From Balanoglossus misakiensis (Eukaryota; Animalia; Hemichordata): 64,000 nucleotides of DNA. Positions 14,582 to 27,309 of this stretch are shown one piece after another. The notes under the pieces were generated by a model that ran no database searches, was not told the DNA's origin, and saw only the letters and a list, made by a program, of their open reading frames with translations. Every line of letters begins with the position of its first letter. Within the stretch, counting starts at the first letter, position 1. Location of the stretch: NCBI GenBank assembly GCA_040954595.2, contig CM082580.2, positions 7,480,390-7,544,389 on the forward strand, given 5' to 3'. A program made the translations under genes and the position numbers.

Positions 14582-14884
14582 CTTAGTGTCGTAAACCTCC
14601 ATTTGCAGGCGATGGCGCGGCAAAATCTCCCTGTCACAATTAACAGCTCTCAGGGCTAAATCCACGGCCGGTTTAACGCCCCATGCTTTGTCCTTCTCGG
14701 CGTCGTGCGAAGCGAACGGAAAGAGGGCGGCGAAATGTAGAGAATTATCCGCTGCTTCAGATGGAGCTTCCACGGTCAGTATGTTACTGGACGCTGCGGC
14801 ACAAGCGAGGAAGAACGTGCAGTAGCACATTGAGCACGACATAAACCGCAGAGGAATCATATTCAGCGGAGGTTTCTTCCTCAT
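14582..14884 (-). CDS. Variable first coding exon B1 of a GABA-B receptor-like protein
   Basis: ATG at 14884 (other in-frame ATGs nearby and at 15022); Cys-rich hydrophobic leader MCYCTFFLACAAA; [53 protein letters not shown]; phase-0 donor AAG|GTAGGA at 14582/14581. Confidence 0.88.
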
Positions 14885-15049
14885 CGTGCGCGTGTTCAGG
14901 CCAAAGTCGTAGTCTATCTGGTTGATGACGTCAGGAATCTTTTCAACGTCAGTCGACCAAGGCGAGTGTATGTTATCACTACGAAGATTATGAATACTTA
15001 AAACTCTATTCGGGCATCTCATAAAAATCACCTGATTTTCCTTGATCGC

Positions 15050-16340
15050 GATTTTATGATGCAGTAGTTCTATCTGTGAGGTCTCGATAACCTATCAATA
15101 ATTATATCTAACGATGCGCTGGAGCACGCACGCCTATATGCCATTGAAACAGAATCTTACGACTTTTAAAAGCGATGACAGTCTATAAGCTTAAACCAAT
15201 TTGCGCGCGCAGTGATGTCAACAAGACGACGAGACTCAGAAGGTGTGTCTTGGGACACGGGCGCTGCGAAGGAACCGTCTTCCAGAATTACATGTACTTC
15301 CAGTGTCTTGCAAGGCTGTCTCCAGACACCGTCCGCTGCGCAGCCTTCGTCTGACAAGTGCGGTGGTGTATAGCATGTGCTTCAAGTGCCCCAGAGCTTG
15401 TGCGCGTAATACACATGTACATTGTGTCGCTCACGTTTCCATTAAACTACCTGACCTGATTTGAGCAGTAATCTGCCCGCATCACTGTTCCCGTGTACGA
15501 TAATTACGCAGTGGTCACATTTTCAAACCCCAATGAGCACGGTGTGTGTACTGAAAGCTATCGGTTTAATGTCAAAACGCTGTTTCTGTCTGACTCGTTT
15601 CATCGCTCGCCTCACCATCCCCGCCCTCCCGCGTCATTTCTGTGTTTAGTGTGCCCCACCCATGGCATCCCTGCAATTTGCTGCCCGAAATAGCCATTCC
15701 ATCGGGACTCACAACAATAATTCGGCGTTTCAGCAAAATTATACTTCTCTATCAATTTGTCACTTCGGGTTGGACTTGGCAGTGTTTCGGTCAAATGCGA
15801 TGTTGCGTGCCACTGTGGTTTCCTAAGCCTCCACTGAAAGACAGGATTTAGGTTATAACACAAGCCTGTATTAAAAACCATTGCGTGCCCGCTGGAAATG
15901 TCAAGAGGACGCCTGGTTTTGTGTGTGTGTGAAATACTGGCGCGGAATGTCTCACGCTATTAAATGATATCAATCAAGATCATATAGAAACTTCTCGGCG
16001 AATGAACCAAATTAAATCACAGTCACTCATCGGGCACCGCGGTTCGTAATATAAGGCGCTTACTTGCACAAACAGTCACCGTTGTCGCTGTTGCAAAGTC
16101 ACGTGGTCGAATAATAAAAAAAAAACCCACCCTGACAAACCATCCAGATAACGCGATAACGTGACGTGAATAGCCGAACGTGAAAACATGAGAGTTTCCA
16201 TCAAGTGTCTGGTGGATTTCTTAATCCGATTGTATGGTACGTTTCCCACTATAATAGAACGCTGTTTTCTGAATGCGAAATTGAAACGTGGTCCAAATTG
16301 AATTACCACCATTAAAATTAAACTCAACACCAAAGGCGGG
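15050..16340 (-). promoter_or_regulatory. Upstream/promoter region of exon B1, homologous to 31620-33040
   Basis: Collinear shared blocks: ccacccatgg...aatttgctgc...aaatagcca, tctcacgc...atcaatcaagatc, ccatcaagtgtctggtgg, gtccaaattgaatta. Confidence 0.5.
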
Positions 16341-19300
16341 CGAGTACTAATACTAGGGCGCGTCAAGGCTGTGTCGCCATTAAAGATTTGGTTTACATTC
16401 AGATATATTAAAGGAACTGTATTTTTATTAGTGAAGAGGTATAATTCGTGTTAAAATAACGTTTTATTATTTTGTTTCTGCAAGTTTTTTTTTTGACACT
16501 GTAAGATCAGTGTCCGGCTTCGGTATTGAAAACTCCGATATATCGATGCACGTGTTCGAATAGACCGCTGTTGGTGCAAGTTCACGAAAATCCGTCAATA
16601 TTTGAAATACTCCTGTACTTTGAAATTTCGGTCGGCGGTGTCAGTGTTGCAAACACCAATTGATAATTCTGCGCCACGTGGTCGCCAAGTAATAGCAGTT
16701 TTCGTTCTGAAGGAGAGTCGAATGACCCGATCTCTACATAAGGACTTTAATGCAAATCTCTGCGGAATATCATTCCTGTACACACGATGGCTATTGGTTC
16801 ATGCACAGAAGGTAATGCAAACATGTCCGTTGGAGGGAATGCGTCACCTTATAGGTCAACGCCACTAACAAGTTTATAGACACGAGATTCCCTATCAAAA
16901 TGCCTAAGAGCTTTATGAACTCACGGTGTCTGATCCAATTGATCAAAGTAGCATTTCGAACGCTGGGAGGTAATCTTTGCTCTTATAAACCCTCTTCACT
17001 GGCACATTAGCACATCCACATACGTTTCGGGCCAAGTCGTTTCGATTACGCTAATTATTTGTGAAGTGATGGTGTTAAATTGCCTGGCTATGGTGGCGCT
17101 AGCAGTGTTTGGAAATAAAAGGTTTGCTGATGAGTCGGTCGGTCGGTTAGTCAAGGAGGAATTCTTCTATAGTTCTATTTGAAGCTTCCGATGAATGTCC
17201 GACACAAATTTGATGAAACTTACTACTGTATATGCTTTTAATCTATCTAGAATACTGCGAATAGCGCCCTCCATTGAAATAGCACAGAACTGATAAACCA
17301 TGAATGGTTCGCCAACAGTCGCCCAACCATGCATTCAGTCACAGTAAGCTTACAACAATGATATTTCAATACAGCAAATGGCCGTATGCCTGCCGGGTCA
17401 TCTCTTTCGAGGAATGGGTGTAAGCTTGTAATGTTTTTACGCAATACACTAAAACCTTTGAATGCATTTATGTAATAGTCTGGAAAGTGGAAATGAGTGT
17501 CGATTTATGGTTTCATTCTGTTCGTATGACAATTCCATTAATTGTCACGACAGCTAGCACATTGAAACTGTTTTCAACGATAACACGAAGGTTAAATGTT
17601 ACTTTTTACCTCTGTATTTTACATACGCATGTATAGAACACATATTTCACTAGAAATCATGAGCTATCTGTTTAAAATGAAAAATGTGATCTTAATGTAC
17701 TATCGATATACGGCGTCATATTAAACTTTTCCCATGAATTGATCTCAATTGTGAAATCGAACCTCGGGCTACTAATCTACTGACTTTCATAGCCGATTAT
17801 TGGCGACGAACAGACAAACTCCATTGATTTTGAGATGGCGTTGAGTTTGTATTCAGAATATTCAGTGGTTGCTGAAAGATTTATTCGATATCGATAAGAT
17901 TTTCGCCAATTTTCGGCCGCGTTGTGCGAACGGATGGGGATACAGTCCATCAAAGCATAAAAATCTGTGCCATCAAAACGCATTTACCCGTCTCCATGGA
18001 TACCTGTATCGAACGGTATGCTCAAATACGCGTTTTATTATTTATAATACGAGTTTTAGACCGATATCACTACATCGGACAGGATGTGTTATCGGTGCCC
18101 CGATATGTAGAAGGCTCCCCCAGGGCAGCTGGAGAAGACAAATCGATCCAGCTCGTTCTCGGTTCACTTATCTCGACTCTCTTATCTAGCCTATTAAATC
18201 GTTCAGGCGCCAAATATACACTACTTTTCCTGTCCCCTTGCTGTTGAACACCGCATATGCTCCAAGAAATAACGTTAAGGGCTATTATTTTATAGTTAAT
18301 GCTTAAATTAAGGTAAAACGTCTCATAAGAATCGACAGGAAATTATAATTTTCGTAATTTTTAACTTCGTGTTGCAGGTCACGCAGGCTGCAATTTTCTG
18401 ATATCGATAAATCGGTGATGCAGCAAGACTATTTTTTGCAACTGGAATTCCGGGGTCAATTAGTAGCGCAATTAATATAAATCAAGATTTCCTACGTTTT
18501 GAAGTCTCAGCGTTTGTTTAAGGTATACATCCACAGGAAATGTTACCAAAAGAATGAAATATCGACGGAATTATTCATGAAATAACGACAATGACGTAAC
18601 TAAATGGCATTACCCATATTGGAATTTCAGACTGATTTATGATTCATGAATGGAATTATTCAAGATTCCCGAGTAATGCGTCCTTGTTTGATAAAATTAC
18701 ATTTCATAATTACTCATTGCCAACGGATCTCTGAGGAGTTATCACTTTGCATTAAAACCATGGCAACCTAGACTATCTAAGAGCAGGGGATAAAATGTTT
18801 CATATTATTGTCAGGTAATTAGCTTCCTCACTTGTTTAAAATCGCACATTAAATTATTTATATTAATAATTTAGTGAAATTTATACCCATCACGTCGCTG
18901 TCATAGATCTTCAGGTGCATTAAATGTAACGGGGGTTCCAATAATTACATTAGCTATTTCCAGGATTTTAATAATATTTTGAAGTATGAAAAAATGACAT
19001 GTTGATGGAAACGGTCACCGTTCATTATTTCCAATGCACGGTACTATAAATTTGGCGACAGAATATATAGTGCGCCATCCGTCACACCTAGCTGGGAAGC
19101 GGAGGAGGGGGGGGGGGGGGGTAATACATGCATATCACATGATAAATTTAGTATAGCTTTCATTGAAATTTCGATCTGCTCGAAGCGTTCCTGAAATCGT
19201 GACTTTCGGTTATCACGTCCACGACTGAAAAATGTTGTAAAGTCAGTGACATTTATTTCTAAAGACCTCGAGAGTCGCGTTCAATATTAATAGCCGCGGA

Positions 19301-20970
19301 ACATATAACAGGGAATGATTTGAAACGGAGAGGATTGGCTTATGCGTCCTATTTTTTCCAATTGACGCTTCAATGCGATAGCGGTGGCTTTTTCTAATTG
19401 AAAGGCGAAGGAAGAGCCCGGATGGCAATTATTTGGAGACCTTTGCGTGACCGTGATTCTGGCTCTCCCGCGCTCTGCGTGTGAGCTCCCTCGTTATATT
19501 GTCCCTTCTCACGCGCGCTTTGGTATTATCCGCCAACTTTACCGAAACGAGACTAAATGTTGCTGTGTTGATATAAATCTGTACCTTTAAAGAACGCGCA
19601 GAATCGAAATGAATATTTGTATGTAACTATCCAACGACACTGATGGCTATACATTCGCAGGTATTCGATGTCGAAATGATAAGAATTTTTATGGAATCTT
19701 AATCCCAATGAAATCTTTACAAATTCTATCACTGTAGCGTCGTAAAAGTTGTGATATCAGATTAAAGCTTAATGGTCCAATCCAATCTGAAAATGATAGC
19801 AATTATAATTTCCAAGGAACGAATGTTTCCTTATTCCAATTAGTATTTACAACATCAACGGAAAAAAATAACCAACCACACGGACCTGTCTCTACTAGAT
19901 GTATAATATTACCACTGCATCGGGAGACAGCCTTGCGTAATTCCAGTTCTACCAGTGTGCGCAGATCGCTACCCCCGCAATTATACAGATGTATAGCCCG
20001 CGGTGAAGAGAGGCAACACATCCTATCGCTTGACATATTAAATTCGCGCCTCGGCAAGACGTTCCCTGTTCGAGCTGAGTGGTCCGTGATTAATTGCCGG
20101 CACTCGCTTTAGTCAGAGCCCCATTCACAGCGCGTATGTGTAACTGCTGGGCTTTCAGTCGAGGTCGGTGGTGTCCAGTTATTACGACATTTAAAGAACA
20201 GCGGGTTCCTTTGATGTTGCCGTAATTTTGGAATCATTGCATAATTTGAAAGTCTCGACACTTCCTACACTCGGGTTTTCATTTCAAGTTAATATTGCAT
20301 TTCATGACGCGTTCTGAATTCGATGCATTGCAGGTTCGGTATTTGGAGCGTCTCTTACAACACATACTGCTGTATGCTGTACAAAATCTTTGAGACATTA
20401 GTTAGTTAATTAAGCTCATACTATTTTATAAAATCGTCATGTATCATTACAAAACACCCCTCAAAAAGTCATACCGCAGATATTGCAAAAATTCCACCGA
20501 TCACCGATAAGGGAGCTCGTTTCGAGTTATAGAATAGTCCACGGTATATACATGTACCATTTTCCTCGCCCATTAGACCAAAGCTGATTGCGGAATAGCG
20601 GAGCATTTCCTCCAGGTGGCTAATGAAAGGAAACCCAATAATGTTCAAGTGAGTGAAATTTTCGAAATTGCCAGTGGAAACTCTGGTCTAACAACTCCTC
20701 AGCCGATCAAATCTCTTTCTTGTGCGAAGAGCCCATTCAATATTAACATTAATCGTTGCAATACCGTCTCAGGAGGTGGACGATTGATCGCGTTTACTGT
20801 ATGGTCTACGACCCACTGAGAAGAAAAAAATCGGCTATGAACGACGCGCATCATTAGCGACTTGCGAGATTTTTCAGGCGTTCAGGCCAAGCAGGGTCTC
20901 AAAGGAATGTCACTTTGTGAAGCAGAAGTGGCTTACGCAGATATTTTTCTGATATCGTGATTTAAGCTCA

Positions 20971-21680
20971 TGTTACGACCCGCAGGCCGTCCGAGCCAAA
21001 AATATGCGGATAATTTACCTGACCGGGTGGCTTGTTTTACACCCGAACCGACCAACAGGCCGCAGCAAAAGAAATGGTCAAAGACAGCACACGTACAACA
21101 AACCAGTATATTTACAGTGTTAATTTAACTGCAGACACGAGTAATATTCACAATATGTTAACTAATATTTACAATAAACTACAAACTAAACTCGAGCGTG
21201 ACCTGGTGACCAAAACAAAATTCCTAACAAGTTCAAAGTCTCATAAACAGGTCGGTGACTCGGCGCACGACGATACTGGCCTTTCACTCGACGCACAACA
21301 ATTCTGTACAATTAAAGACAGCCACATATTACCTCAAATGCAGTTCCACAGTGACACGGAGACGCGCTCCCTCAGGACGGCTCCCAAATTCCACGCGGCG
21401 TCCTCGAAAACATCCACCACGACGTCACAAGTCCCTTCGGCAGTGTCAATCCTCAGCTACCACAGTAGACAGGCACTCCGTACGGTGGACTCCAAAAACT
21501 CCTCGACAAGACGACGGCACAACTACCAGACCAGAATCAAAAATGAGCAACCCGACAACGTGGCACTGGGTGGCTTTTATACGACCAAAACTAACACCTG
21601 GTCACGCTTGTATGTTAAATAAAGAAATTAACATAGGTGCACCTGGCCACGAAACAAAACAAATAAGAAACTTCATCACA
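20971..21680. mobile_element. Solo LTR (Gypsy-like), 710 bp
   Basis: Begins TGTTACG, ends CATCACA (TG...CA), flanked by 4-bp target site duplication CTCA (20967-20970 and 21681-21684); TATAAAA on the - strand near 21575-21581. Confidence 0.75.
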
Positions 21681-23238
21681 CTCAAGTGCTGAACGTGTAA
21701 ATGTCTCATTAAACACACTTGGGATGTTGGAAATGTAGAGTTATACAGGGTCACGCTAAACTATAATTCTTGTTCGAAGTTCCCTCACGATGCAATGCGA
21801 GCGAAACGTTGGTAAGAAGCAAAAGGCCCTTTTTACTTGCACGACACGATAATCTCATCTGCGTGGTATGTACACGTAGCGTAAAGAAAACGCTTTAATC
21901 TGCGCACGTGTGCTTCCTCGGGCTGAAAACACCATTATGTCATTCTCAGCGGGTCTCCAGATTTTCATCAAAACGAAGATATTCTGATCGCATAGCAGAC
22001 AAAGGGGAGCACGTTCGGAGACGACACGAATGGAGAGCATGAGATGACTTGAGATGTTTGACACGCTCTTGTCACATTGGTTTATACAATCTGAAAATGA
22101 TTTTGGTTTCATTATGTAACGCCCTCCGCCATTCAATCTGATTTCGTGAAATTATCAACTGTGTTACACCGGCGCGTCGCCGTCACCAGCGAATGATTGC
22201 TTGCACACATAAGTACAGTAAAATGAACGACATCCCAGCGGCAACAAGGGCCCTTCCACATCAAGGGTGGCGCGGCTGGTGTCATTCATTAAGAAAAGAT
22301 CCCCGGGTTGTTCCAGCGTCAAATTAATCTATCCCCTCCGTCCACTTTCTCTAATACCGTCTCCTTTATTGGAACATTCGCTTATCGTTAACCTTGGCTC
22401 CCAAAATGCCGATAGCAGAAATAATATGTGCTTTCTTGTTAAATGTTTTCGAAACTCAGCTCAGTACCAGAAACTCGCACAAAGCTAGCAAATATACGAA
22501 AAGTATTGAGAATATTTATAAAGACAAAAACACCAATCGCGGGCTAGTCTAACACCGAACATGACATTGTGCGTTTAATTGGAGTAGATAGATGGTGGAA
22601 GCTTATTATCTTTTGTGAAATGCGTCTTATAACGAATTGCAATACGTCACCGTGTTTGGGTGATCAATTATGTGTCACAGGACATCGTTTAGGACTATTT
22701 GTCAGATGAATTACGGTGGTAGGTGGCAACCGTAACTGAACCCCTGATCAATAATACAAGATAAATAGCATAAAATATTTTTTTCAGGCGTCTTCATATG
22801 TTCGATTTTTGTACTTTTTCTCCAGCTGTACCATCTGAACAAGAATTGTAATATCAAGCATGCTTCGGGCATTTTTGTGTGTGTGTGTCGGAGGATAGTT
22901 TAGGTCGCCTATATGAAATACTGTTTGTACATCTTGCAAATATCCGCGTCCTTGCGTTTACGAGTTTACCCCATTTTACCAGTAAAGCACGTTTTTATTT
23001 CATACTCCTCGAGCGATACCGCTGTAACAAACTGTGTATAGGTTAAGCGTTTATGAGTCAGTTCACCAGTTACGGATGAACGTCAATTAATTTTGATCAA
23101 ACCGTCAATATATGAGCTATAAATGAGCAATTTTCAAATCAAACACACAGCTGCTTATAATAAATAACGTGTCAGCAGTGAGAGTTTCCACATACATCAC
23201 CGAGGACTTTCCCTCATCGTTCTCTCAGCTGACGTTAA

Positions 23239-23608
23239 CGTATAGTACGCGCCTCGAGGGACATACTTTTAGAAAAAAATAAAGTCCTCCAAACCTTTCG
23301 AATCGTTGCTATAATATTAAAGTGTATGAGGATGTCTTTTTGACAACAAAGAAGAAAACAGAGTGTCCACCGTCTTGTTTTCATAAAAAATCACTACTTT
23401 CAATTTTCTCCGTAGAGTTAACACATAGATCATTGGCGGCCATTTTGAATTTCAAATTTGAGACAATCTTGCCCTCTCATTCAAAAATATGCACGGTGAC
23501 CCCCAATTTTCATTCTCAATTTTAATAGAACATAATCTTAAGTTGCCTGGACCGGTAAAAAGTAGGAGAAAAAAGTTTAAGACTTTAGTTTTCGAGGCAC
23601 GTACTGCC
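23239..23608. mobile_element. TTAA-target MITE (~370 bp)
   Basis: TTAA at 23235-23238 and 23609-23612; imperfect TIRs agtacgcgcctcga / tcgaggcacgtact; the paralogous region has a single empty TTAA at 6072-6075. Confidence 0.8.
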
Positions 23609-24656
23609 TTAAAGGCGCTGAACATTCGCTGAAGTAAGCGAGAACATTAACCTCCTTCTGGTAAAATATGAATCACAAAACAACATGTTGAAATTTGATT
23701 TCTGAATCACGAATGTAAAATTGTCCCGATGCTTTTATCATTCACGCATGATATTTCACACAAAGCCTTAGAGCGTGTATCTTTCGAGGTCTATTAACGT
23801 AAAGTACAATTTAGAAATGCAATTCTATCTTACAAATTACAATTTCAATTTTTACATGCGTTCTTCAAGTCCAACTAAAATTCTGGCTGGGTTGAGTTAC
23901 TGTGGCATCAGATATCCTTTTTACGTGTTACGCTATACGCGCCAAGAGTAGAGTTTCACGGATCATTAGTGTTGGTACATTTAATACTCTCATTCGTTTC
24001 TACCATAAGGTCAAAAAGAATGAGTAAGCATTACATATGAATCTATGACAATGTGCAAAAGCAGTTCTAGGGCAAAATGCCTAAGTTGACCTAGCCGATG
24101 ATACATATATTTGTTTGAGATCATATTCTGTCGCACAAAGCTACACACTATGCGAATCTTAGCGCAGGCTTCTTTGACAATTCCTCGCCCATTGAGCGTT
24201 GTTAGTATAGGTTAATGGAAAAACAGGGTTTATATAGTCGATGACACTATCTCTCCGAGTGACTTATAATGGGAAGGATTTGGACTAAACATAGCCTTTT
24301 TGTGCTGTTTAGGATTTAATTCCATGGTATTAACACTACTGAGCCCCGTTGGTCAAGATATAACAATGGTGCGTGCATCGGTGAGCAAATTACTGTTACA
24401 TGTATTAGTGTACTAGAATGAACGCGTGCGTTCACATCAGATAGACATTCCGCTAGTTGCCCTTAGTCCCTCGCCACACATGCATAACACATCAACTGGT
24501 GGTTCCACTAGACTAGAATAAAATTGTACGATTCAATTTTGTTGGACATTTCAAAAATGCTCAGCGCCCGAACTCCTCTGTCCGCCTTAAGGCGACAGGC
24601 TAACAAAAGACCACATGAAGGTTGTCTTGCATAATACGTAACGAATGACAACCCAC

Positions 24657-24983
24657 CTTCGTATCAAAAGCTTCCATGTTTAACTTGTAGTCTCGCAGAA
24701 CTCCGCGATTCTTATTGACGTACTCCAGGGCCAAATCGATGGCCGGTTTCGATGCCCATGCAACGTCACTTTCTGCATTTCCCGCCGAGAACGGAAACAA
24801 AGCCGCAAAGTGAAGCTCTCGACGAGGTTTCAAATTCCGTTCGCGGGCAATGGTGGAATCTTCCGACAGACACTGCACGCGAAACAAGAAGATGACGGCG
24901 CAGATTAACCTGGGCAGCATTCCCGTCGGTTTCATAACCATCGCCGTGCGGTAATCAAGATATTTTCCAATTATTTCTCGCAT
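24657..24983 (-). CDS. Variable first coding exon A2 of a GABA-B receptor-like protein
   Basis: ATG at 24983 (alternative starts at 24941/24935); leader MLPRLICAVIFLFRVQC; [54 protein letters not shown]; phase-0 donor AAG|GTGGGT at 24657/24656. Confidence 0.88.
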
Positions 24984-25259
24984 GTGCTACCTGTCCTGGG
25001 CTGACTAAGACTAAGCAACTCCTTTCACCGAGCGCTTTCGAGCGGGAATCTCGTGATGGATGTATCCGTTCACACAATCATGAAATATAGAAAACGCTCT
25101 TGTCTTCGGCACGTCTAGTTGATAAAGTTTTGTGATGACAAAAACGACAGGCAGCTACAAATTCGTGACTGGTGGTTTCTTTTAAATGTTGGAAATCCCA
25201 AACCCCGCCTTTAAAATCTTCTTACTTCCTGGAACCAAACTTAAACCAGCTTGTCTATG

Positions 25260-25490
25260 GATGGGAGACGCGTCGTTCGCCAGCGTCACGTCTAACATCG
25301 TAACATCGCCAAGAGTCTGCAGAAAGATGTTCGCGGATTTCCCTGGAACCGCTGCGTCCTAAAGGTAAATTTGCTGACAAGTGCATGCGCATTACACTCG
25401 ATCACAACGTTGATATCTTGGGAGGATACAGCAATTGGACGAAGACGACGCCCTCAAACGGCGGATGCTCTTGTAAGATTAATATTAAGT
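25260..25490 (-). promoter_or_regulatory. Putative promoter block of exon A2
   Basis: GACAAGTGCATGCGCATT at 25376-25393 and GACGCCCTCAAAC at 25447-25459, identical to the A1 motifs. Confidence 0.5.
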
Positions 25491-27309
25491 TATCATAATG
25501 ACTTGCCTTGGGACTGTACAGGTTTTTCGTATTAATGATCTCAAACTGCGTTTTATAGCAGATGTGTGAATTGAGGCTGCAGGGCTTCAACGTTAAATTT
25601 CGTGCGCGTTAGTCATTATCATAATGACTAGGTACTCAAGTCGAAATTGGCTTTCCTGTCTATGACATTGGCTGTGCAATTGGAAGATGAAGCTGCTTGA
25701 TTCGTAAAATGTTGAACTTCGAATCGGATGAATATTCTGCAGCTGTTTCAGAAAACCTGACGTAAACCCTAATGTCTTTTTCTTTCAAATAGATTTCTAT
25801 ATACTGAATCATAAATTTGGCGCAAATATTTTAAGACAAAAGTCGTAACATTTACTATGGATGTTCAACGTCTGATATTTTAATGGACCTATAAAACGGT
25901 AAAAACTCTATTATACTTATAAACCAAACTGCTAAAATCTTAGGCTTTTAATGAATTGCGGCTGTAGAATTCCGCATATTCAGATTAATGACTGTGTTTA
26001 GTGATATTTCCAGTAATAAGAGCACTGCTTCAATGCTTGTAGTCTACTTAAGTTAATAAAACGGCACTGAAACACACATCATAAATGGAAATGCTACAAA
26101 AATATCGATCATTTGACGATAATACGTTTGCTAGTAAAACGTCGCACATTTGCAGAATGGCCCTAAATGCCAGATAATAACAGTAATGCGACGATCGTAA
26201 TCATTACCTTTAGTAATAGCCTTACACATAAAAGTTCGCATTTAGTGTTACAATGAAAGTACACACGAACTATCAATAATGGACATCTCTTCAGCATCAT
26301 CGGGAAATCAGGTACAAAGTTTACATATCATGATTTTTCTGCGTACAACGTACAGCTATAGCATTGAAACCAGCGTATCATGGCAGAGGGGACCCAATCC
26401 ACGTGGTTACACAATGCGAAACCTCGTGGTAATAACCTTTACAAATTGAAATAGAACAATTGACAAATAGTATGTTACTTTTCACTTAGTTTTATGGAGA
26501 TTGACAAAACTATTGAGCCACATGTCTTTGGCACAAGGTACATCTTTCTTGTGATTGTCGTTGGTCAAAATACCGGCCCGATGCCAGTGCGGCTTCTATA
26601 AAATGGCCGGCCCTGATTGGCGATATTGAGTCGTCATGATTTGTGTTGCCCGGTTGTGTACACCTGGTATAAGCTCATCAACGGGACTCTCAGGCAAATA
26701 AAGATGGATATGTTATCAGAACAAGCAAAACTCATGAAAGGGTTGCCGCAACCGTCTTTGAATGGGCCTTCCACCAGCTACGTATTATATACGAAGTTCT
26801 GTGAACGTTTAGGAGATAACCAGCCGCCGGGGAAGGTCCGCTAAAACGGGATTTATCGTGTTCTGTTCGCTGCAGCTTGGGCGATGCGTGAGCCATTTTT
26901 ATTCTTTACCAAAAGGAATCGGTTCGCCGTGAGTCAGAGATGTCTCATTTACTGCATCTACGGGAGACCTGCGCGTCGCAGTTGAATTTGACTATGGACA
27001 CAGAAGTTCCATCAACTTCACCACGTCTTTTCGTGTGGATAATAAGTCAAAATGGTTAATTGTTTGCAGATAAAATGTACGAGAATATTGCTGTCTGTTC
27101 TCAACACCTGCGTTCATCATCGCAGAATTGCAGGGGGTCCACCCGTTCCCTTCTTGCCAACAGAAAACCACTCCAACCTCTCTTGTGTTCAACAACGAGA
27201 ACGGCCTTGCGACCTGAAGACGTGCTGAGATTCACAAACCACGCCGTAAACACGACGAGCTTCTTTACTCTTCATATTTGGCAATCATTCAAAATCAACA
27301 AGAAATTGT

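Noticed and set aside
21032-21692. 196-aa and 145-aa ORFs
   Set aside because: Low-complexity Thr/Ser-rich frames lying almost entirely inside the solo LTR.
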